Of a stretch of DNA of 64,000 nt, positions 40,400-53,817 are shown one piece after another. Positions within the stretch are counted from its first letter, which is position 1. The number at the start of each line of letters is the position of its first letter. Source of the stretch: Octopus vulgaris (taxonomy: Eukaryota). The notes under the pieces are model-generated. The model saw only the letters and a program-made list of their open reading frames with translations. It had not been told where the DNA came from and did no database searches. Both the position numbers and the translations under genes were made by a program. The stretch lies in contig OX597817.1 of assembly GCA_951406725.2 (NCBI GenBank), positions 26,598,001 to 26,662,000 on the forward strand. Direction: 5' to 3'.

Positions 40400-40705
40400 G
40401 TGGAAGCACAATGGTCCAGTGGTTAGGGCAGCGAACTCGCGGTCGTAGGATCGCGGTTTCGATTCCCAGACCGGGCGTTGTGAGTGTTTATTGAGCGAAA
40501 ACACCTAAAGCTCCACGAGGCTCCGGCAGGGGGTGGTGGCGATCCCTGCTGTAATCTTTCGCCACAACTTTCTCTCACTCTTTCGTCTGTTGGCCTGCTC
40601 GCTTAGCCAGCGAGATGGCATCATTTAAAGGCTAAAACAATGCTAAGCGCATTGTGACCAGCGATGTGTAGCAACATCTGATAGAGTGGTCAGTCTCAGT
40701 GAGTG
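40400..40705 (+). mobile_element. SINE family D (alternative 3' body)
   Basis: tRNA-like head tggtccagtggttagggcagcgaactcgcgg...gtttcgattccc. Confidence 0.88.
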
Positions 40706-41097
40706 ACATATATGTATGCATATGTATAAAAAAAGTGTGTGTGTGTGTGTGTGTGTGTATTTGTATATAAATAAAGATCTGTTTTTCACGCTGGCATGGG
40801 TTGGATACTTTGGTAGGAACTAGCAAGCTAAAAGGCTGCACCAGGTACCAATTGTCTGCTTTGAAATGGTTTCTACAGCTAGATTCCATTCCTAATGCCA
40901 ACCACTTTACAGCATGTACTGGGTGTTTTCTATATGGCACTAGCCCCAGTGCTTGATATGTGGCACCAGCATGGGTGCTTTATACATGCCACCAGCACAG
41001 GCGCTTTATTTATTTTTATGGTATTTTTACAAAATAAGTATTGGTATAAAGGACAGTGATTGTCCATGTATTATTCCAGCAATACTTCATACATATG

Positions 41098-41481
41098 TAC
41101 TCTTTTACTCTTGACTCTTTTACTTCTTTCAGTCATTTGACTGTGGCCATGCTGCGGGACTTATTCTTTTTGTAAGCCCAGTACTTATTCTATCGGTCTC
41201 TTTTGCCGAACCACTAAGTAACGGGGACATAAGCACACCAGCATCGGTTGTCAAGCAATGCTAGGGGGACAAACACAGACACACAAACACACACACGCAT
41301 ATATATATACATATATGCGACAGGCTTCTTTCAGTTTCCGTCTACCAAATCCACTCACAAAGCTTTGGTTGGCCCGAGGCTATAGTAGAAGACACTTGCC
41401 CAAGGTAACCACGCAGTGGGACTGAACCCGGAACCATGTGGTTGGTAAACAAGCTACTTACCACACAGCCACTCCTGCACC
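41098..41481 (-). mobile_element. SINE family A with internal deletion
   Basis: Junction gctg|cgggac lacks the gagcacc...atcgacc segment. Confidence 0.9.
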
Positions 41482-41482
41482 T

Positions 41483-41577
<95 letters not shown>

Positions 41578-41627
41578 CATCATCATCATCATCATCATTT
41601 AACGTCCGCTTTCCATGCTAGCATGGG

Positions 41628-41669
<42 letters not shown>

Positions 41670-41749
41670 ACAAATTAATGCATGCAAGATTTCACAGGTC
41701 TGGCATCACTCCTTTAAATGCTCCTGTGAAAGTTGAGAATATTCTGCCT

Positions 41750-42231
41750 ATCTTCAAAAGGGCAACATTAATAAGGGAGAGTACTATACCAACTTGCTGA
41801 GGCAGTTATGAAAGGCTATCAAGATCAAAAGCCCAGAAAAACTGAGGAAAGGGCTCTTGTTTCCTGAGCACAAAGCTCCAGCACACAAGTCCTTGGTTTC
41901 AATGGCTGCAGTGTGTGACTGTGTCTTTGAAATGGTTGATCACCCTCCCTATTCTCCTGACTTGGCCCCATCTGATTATCAGCCGTTCCCCAAACATGAA
42001 AAAGCACTTAGCTGGGAACCTGTACTACAGTGATGACAATGTCATATCTGCTGCTGATGACATCTTTAACAATCAGGATGAAAGCTTATTTAACAATGGG
42101 ATTCAAGCATTGCAACACCAATGAAAGATATGTATTGATTACCAAAGGGGACTGTGTTGAAAAATCAACCTCATTTGGTCACATTACTTGAGAGTATTTT
42201 GGTCAGCCTATGAACTTTTGGTTGACCTTCA
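41750..42231 (+). mobile_element. mariner transposon 3' fragment
   Basis: APAHKS...DHPPYSPDLAPSDY..FPNMKKHLAG...GIQALQH; TIR-like end gaacttttggttgaccttca|ta. Confidence 0.85.
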
Positions 42232-42587
42232 TACCTTTTATCTTTTATTGCTTCAATTATTAGACTACATCCATGAAATATAGGGGTTTTGTTGAATGAA
42301 CTGATCCCAGTACTTATTCTTTTGAGCCTGAACCTGGTAATTATTCTGTTGGTGTCTTTTGCCAAACTGCCAAGATATGGGGATGTAAACAAACAATGTC
42401 AGGTGATGTACAAACACAGGCCCAAAGGCACACACAGGTGTATAAACAATATACTTCTCTCAGTTTCTATCGACTAAATTGACTCGTGAAACTTTGGTCA
42501 GCCCAGGGCTATAGAGGAGTTGAGCAGCCAAGTTCTTACCATACAGCTATACACACACTCACGTGCGCGCGCACACACACAGACACA

Positions 42588-42622
<35 letters not shown>

Positions 42623-43518
42623 GCATGCATATATCATCATCATCACCATCATCAACATCTTCATCATTTAACATCTTTTTTCCATGCTGGCATGGGTTGG
42701 AGGCCACACCAGGTTCTATAGTCAGTTTTGGTTTCATTTCTACAGTTGGATGTCCTTCCTAATACCAACCACTTTTCAGATGGTACTGGGTGCTTTATAC
42801 ATTACCAGTGGTTTTTACATAGCACCAGCACCAATGGTTTTTATGTGGAACCATCACTCACACCGATGCTTTTTACATGGCATTTTGATAGGTTTTATAG
42901 ATACATACACACATATATATATGTGTGTGTGTGTATATATATATATAAATGTATATAGTAATAATGAGAATATTTGAATGGAATTCATAAATCCTTAAGA
43001 AGTTCCATCCAAAAGTTCTCACCATTACTATAATAATCCTACACTATAGTGGGAATTATAAGCAATAACCAGAATAAATAGAATAGTAGCATTTTATGAA
43101 CACATTCAAAAACATTACCCATAAACGAACATAAAGCATCTGTATATACACATATGTCTGTATGTATATATATGTATATGTATATATGTATACACATATT
43201 TTGGCATTAGGAAGGGCATCTAGCTGTAGAAACTCTGCCAGATCAAGATTGAAGCCTGGTGCAGCCATCTGGTTCACCAGCCCTCAGTCATTCGTCCAAC
43301 CCATGCTGGCATGGAAAGCGGGCGCTAAACGATGATGCTGATGATAATGATATACACACACGTGTTTATGCATGCATGCGTAAATGTGTCATCCTCTAGC
43401 TGGAAAAATAATAAGGGTTAATTCATGGTTGGCAAGAATGGAAAATTGACTAATATATATATATATATACACATACATACATATGTATGTATGTATGTAT
43501 GTTTATATATGAATGTAA

Positions 43519-43768
43519 GGCAGCAAGCTGGCAGAAACGTTAGCGCGCCGGACGAAATGCTTAGCGGTATTTCGTATGTCTTTACGTTCTGAGTTCAAAT
43601 TCCGCCGAGGTCGACTTTGCTTTTCATCCCTTCGGGGTCGATAAATAAAGTACCAGTTTCGCACTGGGGTCGATGTAATCGACTTAATCCCTTTGTCTGT
43701 CCTTGTTTGTCCCCTCTATGTTTAGCCCCTTGTGGGTAGTGACGAAAAAAAAAAAAAAGAAAGAAATA
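43519..43768 (+). mobile_element. SINE family C with A-rich tail and TSD
   Basis: Direct repeat tatatatgaatgt at 43504-43516 and 43769-43781. Confidence 0.92.
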
Positions 43769-43978
43769 TATATATGAATGTTACTTGAACAATATTTTGA
43801 AAACAACAGAGAACTCATGGCAGCATGGAAAACGAACATTAAATGATGATGATGATGATGATCACAATGACGACGACGATGATGATGATGGTGTATGTGT
43901 GAATTTGTTAAAGTAAATATTATTTATGATACAAAGTTGTTCAACGACTTAAGATTAAAACCTTTGACTACATTTTAC

Positions 43979-44099
43979 CTGCATTGAACGTCTCTGACTG
44001 TCGCTCACTCACACTCCACTAACTTAGTTTCCCTCTGCCACCATCATCAATGTAAACTCGCATTGCATTTCATTACATGTGAGTTAAGATTTAAATGAA
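43979..44099 (-). other. Exon-like segment with stops
   Basis: T-rich tract then aag acceptor, donor CAG|GTAAAA; FI*ILTHM**NAMRVYIDDGGRGKLS*WSVSERQSETFNA. Confidence 0.25.
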
Positions 44100-44430
44100 C
44101 TTTCATATAAAAAAGAAAAAAACAGAACTACTAAGTAGAACTGCTGCTATAGCAACAAAGTAGGAATGCTGTTGATTAATTTAGAAAACTATTTCATTAA
44201 ACATTATGAGACACATGTAAAAATTAAGCAGAATGACTCCAGCTCATGCTGAATGATTTATAAAGTAAATTCTATAAATCAGAACAAGTCCAACTGCTTC
44301 GAAATCTAAAGTGTTATTCTCAAAATAATTATGTACATGCAAAGACATACCCATGCTAGCATGGAAAACGGATGTTAAACGATGATGAGGAAGAGGAGGA
44401 GGATTGAGGGTATTATATATATTATATATA

Positions 44431-44832
44431 GGCGCAGGAGTGCCTGTGTGGTAAGTAGCTTGCTAACCAACCACATGGTTCCGGGTTCAGTCCCACTGCA
44501 TGGCATCTTGGGCAAGTGTCTTCTGCTATAGCCCCGGGTCGACCAAAGCCTTGTTAGTGGATTTGGTAGACAGAAACTGAAAGAAGCCTGTCGTATATAT
44601 GTATACATATGTACGTGTGTGTGTGTATGTTTGTGTGTCTGTGTTTGTCCCTCTAGCATTGCTTGACAACCGATGCTGGTGTGTGTACGTCCCCGTCACT
44701 TAGCAGTTCGGCAAAAGAGACCGATAGAATAAGTACTGGGCTTACAAAGAATAAGTCCCAGGGTCGATTTGCTCGACTAAAGGCGGTGCTCCAGCATGGC
44801 CACAGTCAAATGACTGAAACAAGTAAAAGAGT
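44431..44832 (+). mobile_element. SINE family A
   Basis: Full length match. Confidence 0.92.
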
Positions 44833-45712
44833 ATAGTGATTGCATCTTATTTTGTCCATCTAGATTTTGAGTTCAGATTAAGCTTTATACAAAAATATTT
44901 TTTTGATCTTGTCAGGATGAAATTAAAAAATAAACACAACAATATTTTCTAATGAATTCAATTATTTGAAACTTGAGAATGAAATCATATTAATAAATTA
45001 AGTAATTAGATGTAAGAAGACCATTTTTCAGTAAAAGAGTATTTCATGACAATTTCTGTATTTTCAAAATGTCAGCCTGCCTGTGAAGTCCATTATTCTG
45101 TGATATAACCTCTGTATTTTAAAGTGATCAAAATTCAAACATTTTATCAGTATTTCATGCTAATTTATGTTCTGAACTCTAGCTTAACAATGACCAAGTT
45201 ATTTTGCCAAACTTTTTCATTATTTTTAAAGCTGATTGAAACAAAGATAATGTATGTTGACAGAAATATGGTAACAAAAAAGGTTAAAGTAAAATCTTAG
45301 CTGCAGAGGATTAAGTAAAATTAGAAATCATATGGATGGATTAGAGAAAACATGAAATACATTATCAGAATACCCTATCAAGCAATATTACTATGTATGT
45401 AACACTAATGATACAAATTTCTATGAGAGGTCCATAAATCTTAATTAAGAAACCAAATTCTAATTAAGAGAGTAATCCTAATTTTACTCTAGCCATCTGA
45501 AATACATCTAATTAGCACACTGGGAATAAAAATTGTAAACACTTCTCTGAGATTATGCTTAGTTAAATAAAAACACTTTGAAATTTGTTGTTTTAAATTG
45601 TACTTTTAAATTCTAATTTTAGAATCATCTAAGAGCAATAGCAGCCAAATCCTCAACAGCAGTCACTCTCAGACTTTTATAGTTCAGTATCCCCATTTCA
45701 TCATAAGCATTA

Positions 45713-46017
45713 GTGGAGGCACATGGCCTAATGGTTAGAGCAGCGGACTTGTGGTCGAGGGATCATGGGTTTGAATCTCAGACCGGGTGATGTGTGTGTT
45801 TATGAGCGAAATACCTAAGCTCCACGCGGCTCCGGCAGAAGGTAATGGCAAACTTCTGCTGACTCTTTCGCCACAGCTTTCTCTCACCCTTTCCTCCTGC
45901 ATCTTGCAGCTCACCTATGATGGACTGGCATCCCGTCCAGGTGGGGAAGCTATACGCCAAGGGAACCAGGAAACCGGCCCTTATGAGCCAGGCATGGCTC
46001 GAGAAGGAACAAACAAA
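45713..46017 (+). mobile_element. SINE family D
   Basis: Close to the 39489 copy. Confidence 0.88.
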
Positions 46018-46081
46018 TCATAAGCATTGCACCAGTGCCCCACCCCATATTTTTCAAAGCAAACATAATCTGTATTATACC

Positions 46082-46487
46082 TTTCACTCCTTTACTTGTT
46101 TCAGTCATTTGACTGTGGCCATGCTGGAGCACCACCTTTAGTCGAGCAAATCGACCCCAGGACTTATTCTTTGTAAGCCTAGTACTTATTCTATTGGTAT
46201 CTTTTGCCGAACCGCTAAGTTATGGGGACGTAAACACACCACCATCAGTTGTCAAGCGATGTTGAGGGGACAATCACAGACACACAAACACACACACACA
46301 TATAAATACATATATATATATATACGACGGGCTCTTTTCAGCTTCCATCTACCAAATCCACTCACAAGGCTTTGGCCGGCCCGAGGCTATAGTAGAAGAC
46401 AATTGCCCAAGGTGCCACGCAGTGGGACTGAGCCCACAACCATGTGGTTTGTAAGCAAGCTACTTACCACACAGCCACTCCTGTGCC
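46082..46487 (-). mobile_element. SINE family A
   Basis: Full length match. Confidence 0.9.
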
Positions 46488-46890
46488 TATGCTTACTTTT
46501 GCTTATAATCTCAATTTTTCTTATTCAAACACAAACCTCTTTAAGATCTTTGCATAGACTAGTGCTGTGTACATTTACATTTTTATGGAAATTACTAAAG
46601 AGGTTAATGATTTATATAATGAAATCATATTGAACCTTAATGCATCATTATTCATATTTCTGATTAATGATAACAGTATGGCCCAGTCACAGTTTATTCC
46701 TAAGAAATTTTATATTGTACATGGGCTAAGCATTTAATTTCTAAGAAAAATTACGACCACCAATTAACACCTCAGACTTTCATAGTACCTCTTTGTTATC
46801 TTATATCTCTTGTAAGCTCAAAAAACGCCTAAGTAGGTATTAAAACACAGATGAATAACCACTGTTCAACACTCTATCCAAGATACATAC

Positions 46891-47130
46891 CAAAATGCTT
46901 TCATTCTCTTGCAAATTAGGACGTTCTTTTGTCTGCAGCTTTTCATCTAGGTGACTTCAGTTGACCAAACTAACAAGCTGGACAATCAATGAAAAGAACA
47001 GCAATTTATCGTGTTCTCAGTCAGCAGCATTGCTCTCCAAGTCCAAGAATAAGAAACATATTCATTCAACCATCCTGCAAATTCATATCACTGAGTAGTA
47101 GAGATCTTGACTGTAGATAGTGTTACTGTA
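46891..47130 (-). pseudogene. 240-nt exon-like segment with four in-frame TGA
   Basis: Acceptor atttgcag, donor TTG|GTATGT; phase 0-0; 80 codons with four TGA and no TAA or TAG. Confidence 0.38.
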
Positions 47131-47377
47131 CTGCAAATATAATGTATGTTTTATTAACTTCATACGGGTAATTAGGCTCAATTTTTCTCAAAGTAAACTT
47201 TGGATTCAAATGGGTTCTGCTAAGAGTGGCTCTCAAACAGGGTCCATATAGCCTATGGAGGTTTGTGTGGTCCATGGTGGGGGTCCATATAAGATTTTGT
47301 TGTTAAAGCTTATGTACTTCCACAGTTTACAAAATACTTTAACAGGTTTCTTTTTTTTAATGAATTCTTATTGAACC

Positions 47378-47857
47378 AAATTCGATGACTGGCACCTATG
47401 CCAGTGAAATGCAAACAGCTCCATCTGAGCGGGATCACTGCCAAAGCAGAAGTCTGGCTTCTGTGCCGGTGGCACATAAAAGGCACCATTTGGGCATGAT
47501 CATTACCAGCAGCGCCTTACTGGCACTTGTGCCAGTGGAACATGAACAAAACATTTGAGCGAGGTTGTTGCCAGTGCTGCTGGACTGACTCCTGTGCAGG
47601 TGGCATGTAAAAAACACCATTTGAGTGTGGCCGTTGCCAGTACTGCCAGACTGGCCCTTGTGCCAGTGGAACATAAAAGCACCCACTACACTCTCGGAGT
47701 CATTGGCGTTAGGAAGGGCATCCAGCCGTAGAAACTCTGCCTGATCAGATTGGAGCCTGTGCAGCCATCTGGTTTGCCAGTCCTCAGTCAAATCGTCCAA
47801 CCCATGTTAGCATGGAAAGCGGGTGTTAAGTGATGATGATGATGATGATGATGATGA
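47378..47857 (+). mobile_element. Family B copy with tandem units
   Basis: Conserved block plus (GAT)n. Confidence 0.88.
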
Positions 47858-48111
47858 TTTAATTGCAAAAATATAATACAAACTATTTCTAAAATAGGAA
47901 TCAAGGGAGTTCATAGGCAAAAATTAGTTGAGAATCACGGTGTAAAGATTTACTGCCCTACACACACTACATAAAGACAACATGTTCAGTGTTACATAAA
48001 TTATGTAACTCAAAAGTGTTGTACAGTAAATATTAATCAATAACACTGACATTAGTATCATGTAATAAGTCATGGCGATATATGATTTGGTTCTGTCTAT
48101 ACAACAGATTT

Positions 48112-48420
48112 GTGGAGGTGCAATGGTCCAGTGGTTAGGGCAGCAGACACGCAGTCAGAGGATCACGGTTTCGATTCCCAGACCAGATGTTGTCTGTGTT
48201 TATTGAGCGAAAACACACGAGGCTCCGGCAGAGGGTGGTGGCAACCCCTGTTGTACTCTTTTGCCCCAAATTTCTCTCGCTCTTTCTTCCTGTTTCTTGA
48301 ATAACACTGCGATGGACTGGTGTCCTGTCCAGCTGTGGGGAACACATACGCCACAGAAACCAGGAAACCGGGCCCATGAACCTAGCTAGGCTTGAAAAGG
48401 GTGCATGAATAAAAATAAAA
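48112..48420 (+). mobile_element. SINE family D
   Basis: Head plus gatggactggtgtcctgtccag body. Confidence 0.85.
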
Positions 48421-50582
48421 ATACAACAGATTTGCTTCATATATCCATATTGTTTTCTATCTCATACACATGGTTTAAAATATATTTTTTGAAGAATCTT
48501 TAATTTCCTTGTTATCATATTTAAAATAAGAAGTGTTCCTCAGATAATATATCTTGCTTTTGCATGTAAAACTTGAAGTAGCACAAGAGTGGTTAACATC
48601 AACAATAATATTTGTATATAATTCAGAACTGTCATCATCATCACCACCACCAACAACAACAACACCAGCACCACCCTCATCACCATCATCATCATCATTA
48701 GCTTTCCCAGCTAGCAAGAACTGGATTGGCTGTTGCAGTGTGAATCATTTCTTATTCAAAGTAAGTATTTATGTTGATAGGATGTTGATCTTGTAGCTGA
48801 AGGCTTAATGGCTCATTATATGTCTTTATTGTTCCAAGTTTAAGATATCAAATTGTCACCATAAATAAGTAAAGCACTGAATCATTACTGAGTGTTATGT
48901 TATTATTTTCTATCATTGTTTTATATATGAAAGAAATTTTTCTATACAGTGTTCAGGTGCACTACAACTAAGAAGATAAAATAAAAGGCCATCAGATCTA
49001 CGCTTGGAAGATTTCAGGAAGCACGGAAATTTTGAAGGATGTAGTGTCTCAGTAGCTAACAACTGATGTGGGTAGATTATTCCATTTTTATTATCTTACA
49101 TTATATTTTGTTAAGTTCTCACAAAATTTGGTTCTTGATAGAAGCAATCACAAAATAGCCATCTTTGACAATTATTGTCATTATCAAAACGGAAAAAAGA
49201 AAACAATTTCACATTAAAAAGGATCACTCTAAAATTTAAATTGTCTTCGGTAAATTACAAAATGTCTTCAGTAACCCTTAGTTTTTTTCCTTGATTATAG
49301 AAACAATTTTTTAAAATCTTTAAGGATTACTGAATACTGTTTGTGCGCTCAACCTTTTTTATTTTATGTAGCAGGGAAAAATAGCATCATGTATCAAATA
49401 CCTACAATTTTTTACCTCTGTATTATATTGTCTATCCATCTGAGTTACAAATTACTGTTGGCTAATAACAGAAGCTTTTATCAACAGAAAATCTTGCCTC
49501 TCACAATTTTTAAACCTATGATATCCATCAATGGGTTTTTTCATTAGCACTATTACAAAAGTCATTGTTCTCTCTATGTCTCAACATTATAAATAGCACA
49601 CAATCTTTATAAGCTTCATCGTCAGTCACGCATTGAAATATGTGCTAATCCAACTGTGTAATACCCAAAATATCAGCTACAGTTAACATGTTAAAAACCT
49701 ACTACCAAATCCCCACTTCAGACTTCAAAAGAAACCACTCATGTAACTATAAATTATTAAGGAGAATTTCTTCGCTAAAAAACTTCTTCATATTTTTTTG
49801 CACAAGTGGCTCATGAAAATTATTTGATTTATTTGTTGATTAATATGTTTATATATCCTTTTCATTTTTTTTTTTTAATATTTGTTCTTTAATTAGGATC
49901 TAATTATTTGATGTTGTTTTCTTAAGGGTCTCTTTGATCATTAATTGTGTTTACTCGTCGTCTTTAGTTCAGCTCTTTGCCATTTGCCACTTGCTTTCTT
50001 CTTAAACCTCCATATATACATATATATGTATATATGTGTGTGTATATATATATATATGTGTGTGTGTATATATGTATATGTGTATATATATATATACATA
50101 CATGTGTAGACATATGTTTACATATTTTTCTGTGTGTGAGCATGTATATATTTTTATGTGAATGCATGTACGTATATATGAATATTTTCATGTGAGCATG
50201 TATGTAGGACCAGTCATATATTTATATATATATATAAATATATATATACGTATATATATATATAGATATAGATATATATACATACATAAGTGTGCAGTTG
50301 GTTTTCAATTAACGCTAATATTTATTTAATATTAACTATACAATCTTCACAAGGAAAATGAAAGTATTCAGAAAAAGACAGAGAAACACAATGCAAGCTG
50401 TCAAATGAGTGTATCATATAAGAGAAAAGATAATAAAATATTGATATAATTCATTAAATGGAGTGTCTAAGTAGTTGTTAAGAGTCATTATTGTAGAGCT
50501 GAGAACTAATCATAGACTAGAAGGACTCGGGACACTGGATGGAGTGCTGTTAACCTATATAGACAAAATTTTATATAAACAA

Positions 50583-50892
50583 TGTCTTTTGTATGCATTA
50601 TTTGCATTGTATATAGATATTTATAAACATGTACACATGCATATATGTATTCTTTTATTCATCAATTATTCTTTTACCTGTTTCGGGCATTTGACTGTGG
50701 CCATGCTGGAGCACCACCTTGAAGGATTTTAATCAAACAAATAGACCCCAGGACATATATTTTTAAAACTTAGTGCTTATTCTGTGGGTCTTTTGCTGAA
50801 CTGGTAAGTTACGAGGATGTAAACACACCAACACTATGTTATGTAGTGGGGGGGAGTGCAAACACAGACACAAAGACACATACACACACACA

Positions 50893-50962
<70 letters not shown>

Positions 50963-51899
50963 CAACAGGCTTCTTTCAATTTCTGGGACCTTGGTCAGTA
51001 AGTGGTCAAGTTGTTCCCTGAAAATATCTACTCCTACTTTATTAATATTTCTCAGATATTTTGGCAAGATATTAAATAGATGTGGGCTTTTGAATCTCAA
51101 GCCATTGCAGTTCCTGGTCATTGCCCTAAATGTGATAGGTGGGACATTCTGAACTGTGCAATGGCGTCCAGTTTGAAGGCTGGTATAAGCCTTGATGACA
51201 AAGTTTGATGCCAACTCTGCTAGGAATATCCACAGGTCTATCATTACATACCTTTCCAGTCTTTGCTCCACTAGCTTAGCTGTTCCATTGAAATTATGTT
51301 CCTAGTTTGGCTTTGCCAAACTGCCTCAAGTTCCTGTAATAATTTGACACTGTGGGAGTGACCATAGTTGCATGCAATAGTCATGGTAGCCAAAGCTAAA
51401 TGTCCTCCATAGTACCAGTTTCTTGGTGATTTGTTCAGAAAGTTCTCAGAATCTATCCAGCCATTCACCTGCACATTGCCACCATCGTGGTGATATATAC
51501 ATAAAGCAAGATGTCATTGCTCATACCAATCCTCAGATCAGGCACTGTGTTTGACTCTGGGATTGGCTCTCCTTTTGGTCTAAATGATCGTAGATGGGGC
51601 ATGTTAGTGCAAACTAGCAGATAGGAGAAGGCTTAGAGTTTCCATGCATTAAATTGCATGTTGTTTCCTTCAGCCCGTCTATAAATGACATCTAGGTTTT
51701 TTTGTTCAAAAACTAGGTTTTAAAAATATATGTCCTGGGGTCTATTTGTTTGACTGAAATCCTTCAAGGTGGTGTTCCAGCATGGCCATAGTCAAATACC
51801 CGAAACAGGTAAAAGAATAATGAATAAAAGAATACATATATGCATGTGTACATGTTTATAAATATCTATATACAATGCAAATAATGCATACAAAAGACA
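50583..51899. repeat. Local inverted duplication (arms about 50583-50773 and 51712-51899)
   Basis: Arms are reverse complements and include both a SINE A tail and unique flank. Confidence 0.9.
50985..51700 (-). mobile_element. Decayed CR1/L2-group LINE fragment
   Basis: MEQRLERY...GRHC...LFNILPKYLRNI.KVGVDIFREQLDHLLTKVP; W..GNNMQFN upstream. Confidence 0.7.
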
Positions 51900-52131
51900 A
51901 TTCATACTAATTTTGTATCATCAGTATAGCTAGTAAGGGTAGCTGTCTGTGTAAATGATGGCATGTCTGAAAGAGTTATCATAAATAGCAGCAGCCCCAA
52001 GACAGTTCCCTAAGGCACTCCACTTCCTCTTACTGTCTTCTTGGAGAGAGTCCCATTCACTATTACAGCCAAAGTGTGTGTGTGTATGTGTATGTGTAAG
52101 TATATATATTGAATCTTCCATGCATTAACAT

Positions 52132-52590
52132 ATCATCATCATCATCATCATCATCATTTAGCGTCTGCTTTCCATGCTAGCACGGGTTGGATGGTTCAAC
52201 TGGGGTCTGGGAAGCCAGAAGGCTGCACCAGACCCAGTCTGATCTGGCAATGTTTCTACGGCTGGATGCCCTTCCTAACGCCAACCACTCCGTGAGTGTA
52301 GTGGGTGCATTTTACGTGCCACCAGCACAGGTGCCAGAGTGGGCTGGCAAACGGCCACGGTCGGATGGTGCTTTTTACGTGCCACCGGCATGGGGGCCAG
52401 GCAAGGCTGGCAAACGGCCACAATTGGATGGTGCTTTTTACGTGCCACCGGCACGGGGGCCAGGCGAGGCTGGCAAACGGCCACAATTGGATGTTGCTTT
52501 TTACGTGCCACCGGCACGGGGGCCAGGCGAGGCTGGCAAACGGCCACAATCGGATGGTGCTTTTTACGTGCCACCGGCAGGGAGGCCAGT
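52132..52590 (-). mobile_element. Family B copy with four 63-bp tandem units
   Basis: Unit translates as repeated FYVPPARGPGEAGKRPQLDGA (21 codons). Confidence 0.92.
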
Positions 52591-52823
52591 CAATATGTTA
52601 TTTATTATTTATATTTTTATTAATATCTTGAGGAGTTTAATTTTAAATAATAGTGCTAATGACAAACTGTGTATGGTTTCAGTGTATTGTATTTACGGTG
52701 GACTCTAGTTTAGGTGAGTTAGCTATTTCTGGTGTGTAATTGCGGTTGCATTTTTTATGATGTTTTATGAGATTTATATTTAAATGCAACCATAATTATT
52801 TTGTTGAATCTATGTAATGAAAT

Positions 52824-53006
52824 GGCGCAGGAGTGGCCATAGGCGCAGGAGTGGCTGTGTGGTAAGTAGCTTGTTTACCAACCACATGGTTCCAGGTTCA
52901 GTCCCACTGTGTGGCACCTTGTGCAAGTGTCTTCTGCTATAGCCTCGGGCCGACCAATGCCTTGTGAGTGGATTTGGTAGAGGGAAACTGAAAGAAGCCC
53001 GTCGTA

Positions 53007-53063
<57 letters not shown>

Positions 53064-53268
53064 TTGTGTGTCTGTGTTTGTCCCCCTAGCATTGCTTGAC
53101 AACCGATGCTGGTGTGTTTATGTCCCCGTTACTTAGCGGTTCGGCAAAAGAGACCGATAGAATAAGTACTGGGCTTACAAAAGAATAAGTCCCTGGGTCG
53201 AGTTGCTCGATTAAAGGCGGTGCTCCAGCATGGCCGCAGTCAAATTACTGAAACAAGTAAAAGAGTAA
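52824..53268 (+). mobile_element. SINE family A with duplicated 5' head
   Basis: ggcgcaggagtggc at 52824 and again at 52842. Confidence 0.92.
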
Positions 53269-53781
53269 ATGTTTGTGTTAGTGATTATGTGTTTATTGAA
53301 TTCTGGAAGACTTGATCCTGTTTCATGGTGAAACTCATGCCATTGTATATTTTTGAAGAATGGTGCTTTTACTTTCTTCATTGATATGTAAGTACCTTAA
53401 GGATGCAGTAAGAAAGTTAGGGTATTGTTTGTCAAGTGAGTGTAGCTACTAAGTGTGGGGAGTAGAAGGTGGTTATGAGATGCGTTTTTGTCATTAGTTT
53501 TGTGATGTACAAGTATGTGCTTGTGAAGATTATTGAAGATGCAAAGGGAAATTATCTGTGCAATATTGTTGCTGCTTTTGCTAATTGGAATATTGGAAAA
53601 CCAGCAGTCATTGAGAATGTTAAAGTGTTGTAGTTGTACTGTGTAACCTGGCTTGATGGTCAGCAGAATTGCTGGTGGTTAATATTTTTATAATATCAAT
53701 GTGCTTAGTGTTCCTTGTTTTTAATTTGAAAGTTAGCCTTTCTTGTGCAGCGCTGTTTTCTTTTCATTTATGTCTGTCATT

Positions 53782-53817
<36 letters not shown>

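Noticed and set aside
40400-40475. tRNA-like sequence (also other SINE heads)
   Set aside because: A and B boxes are present but there is no proper acceptor stem and each continues into a SINE body.
52316-52578. CRISPR-like regular repeats
   Set aside because: Units are contiguous tandem copies with no unique spacers, there are no cas genes, and the context is eukaryotic.
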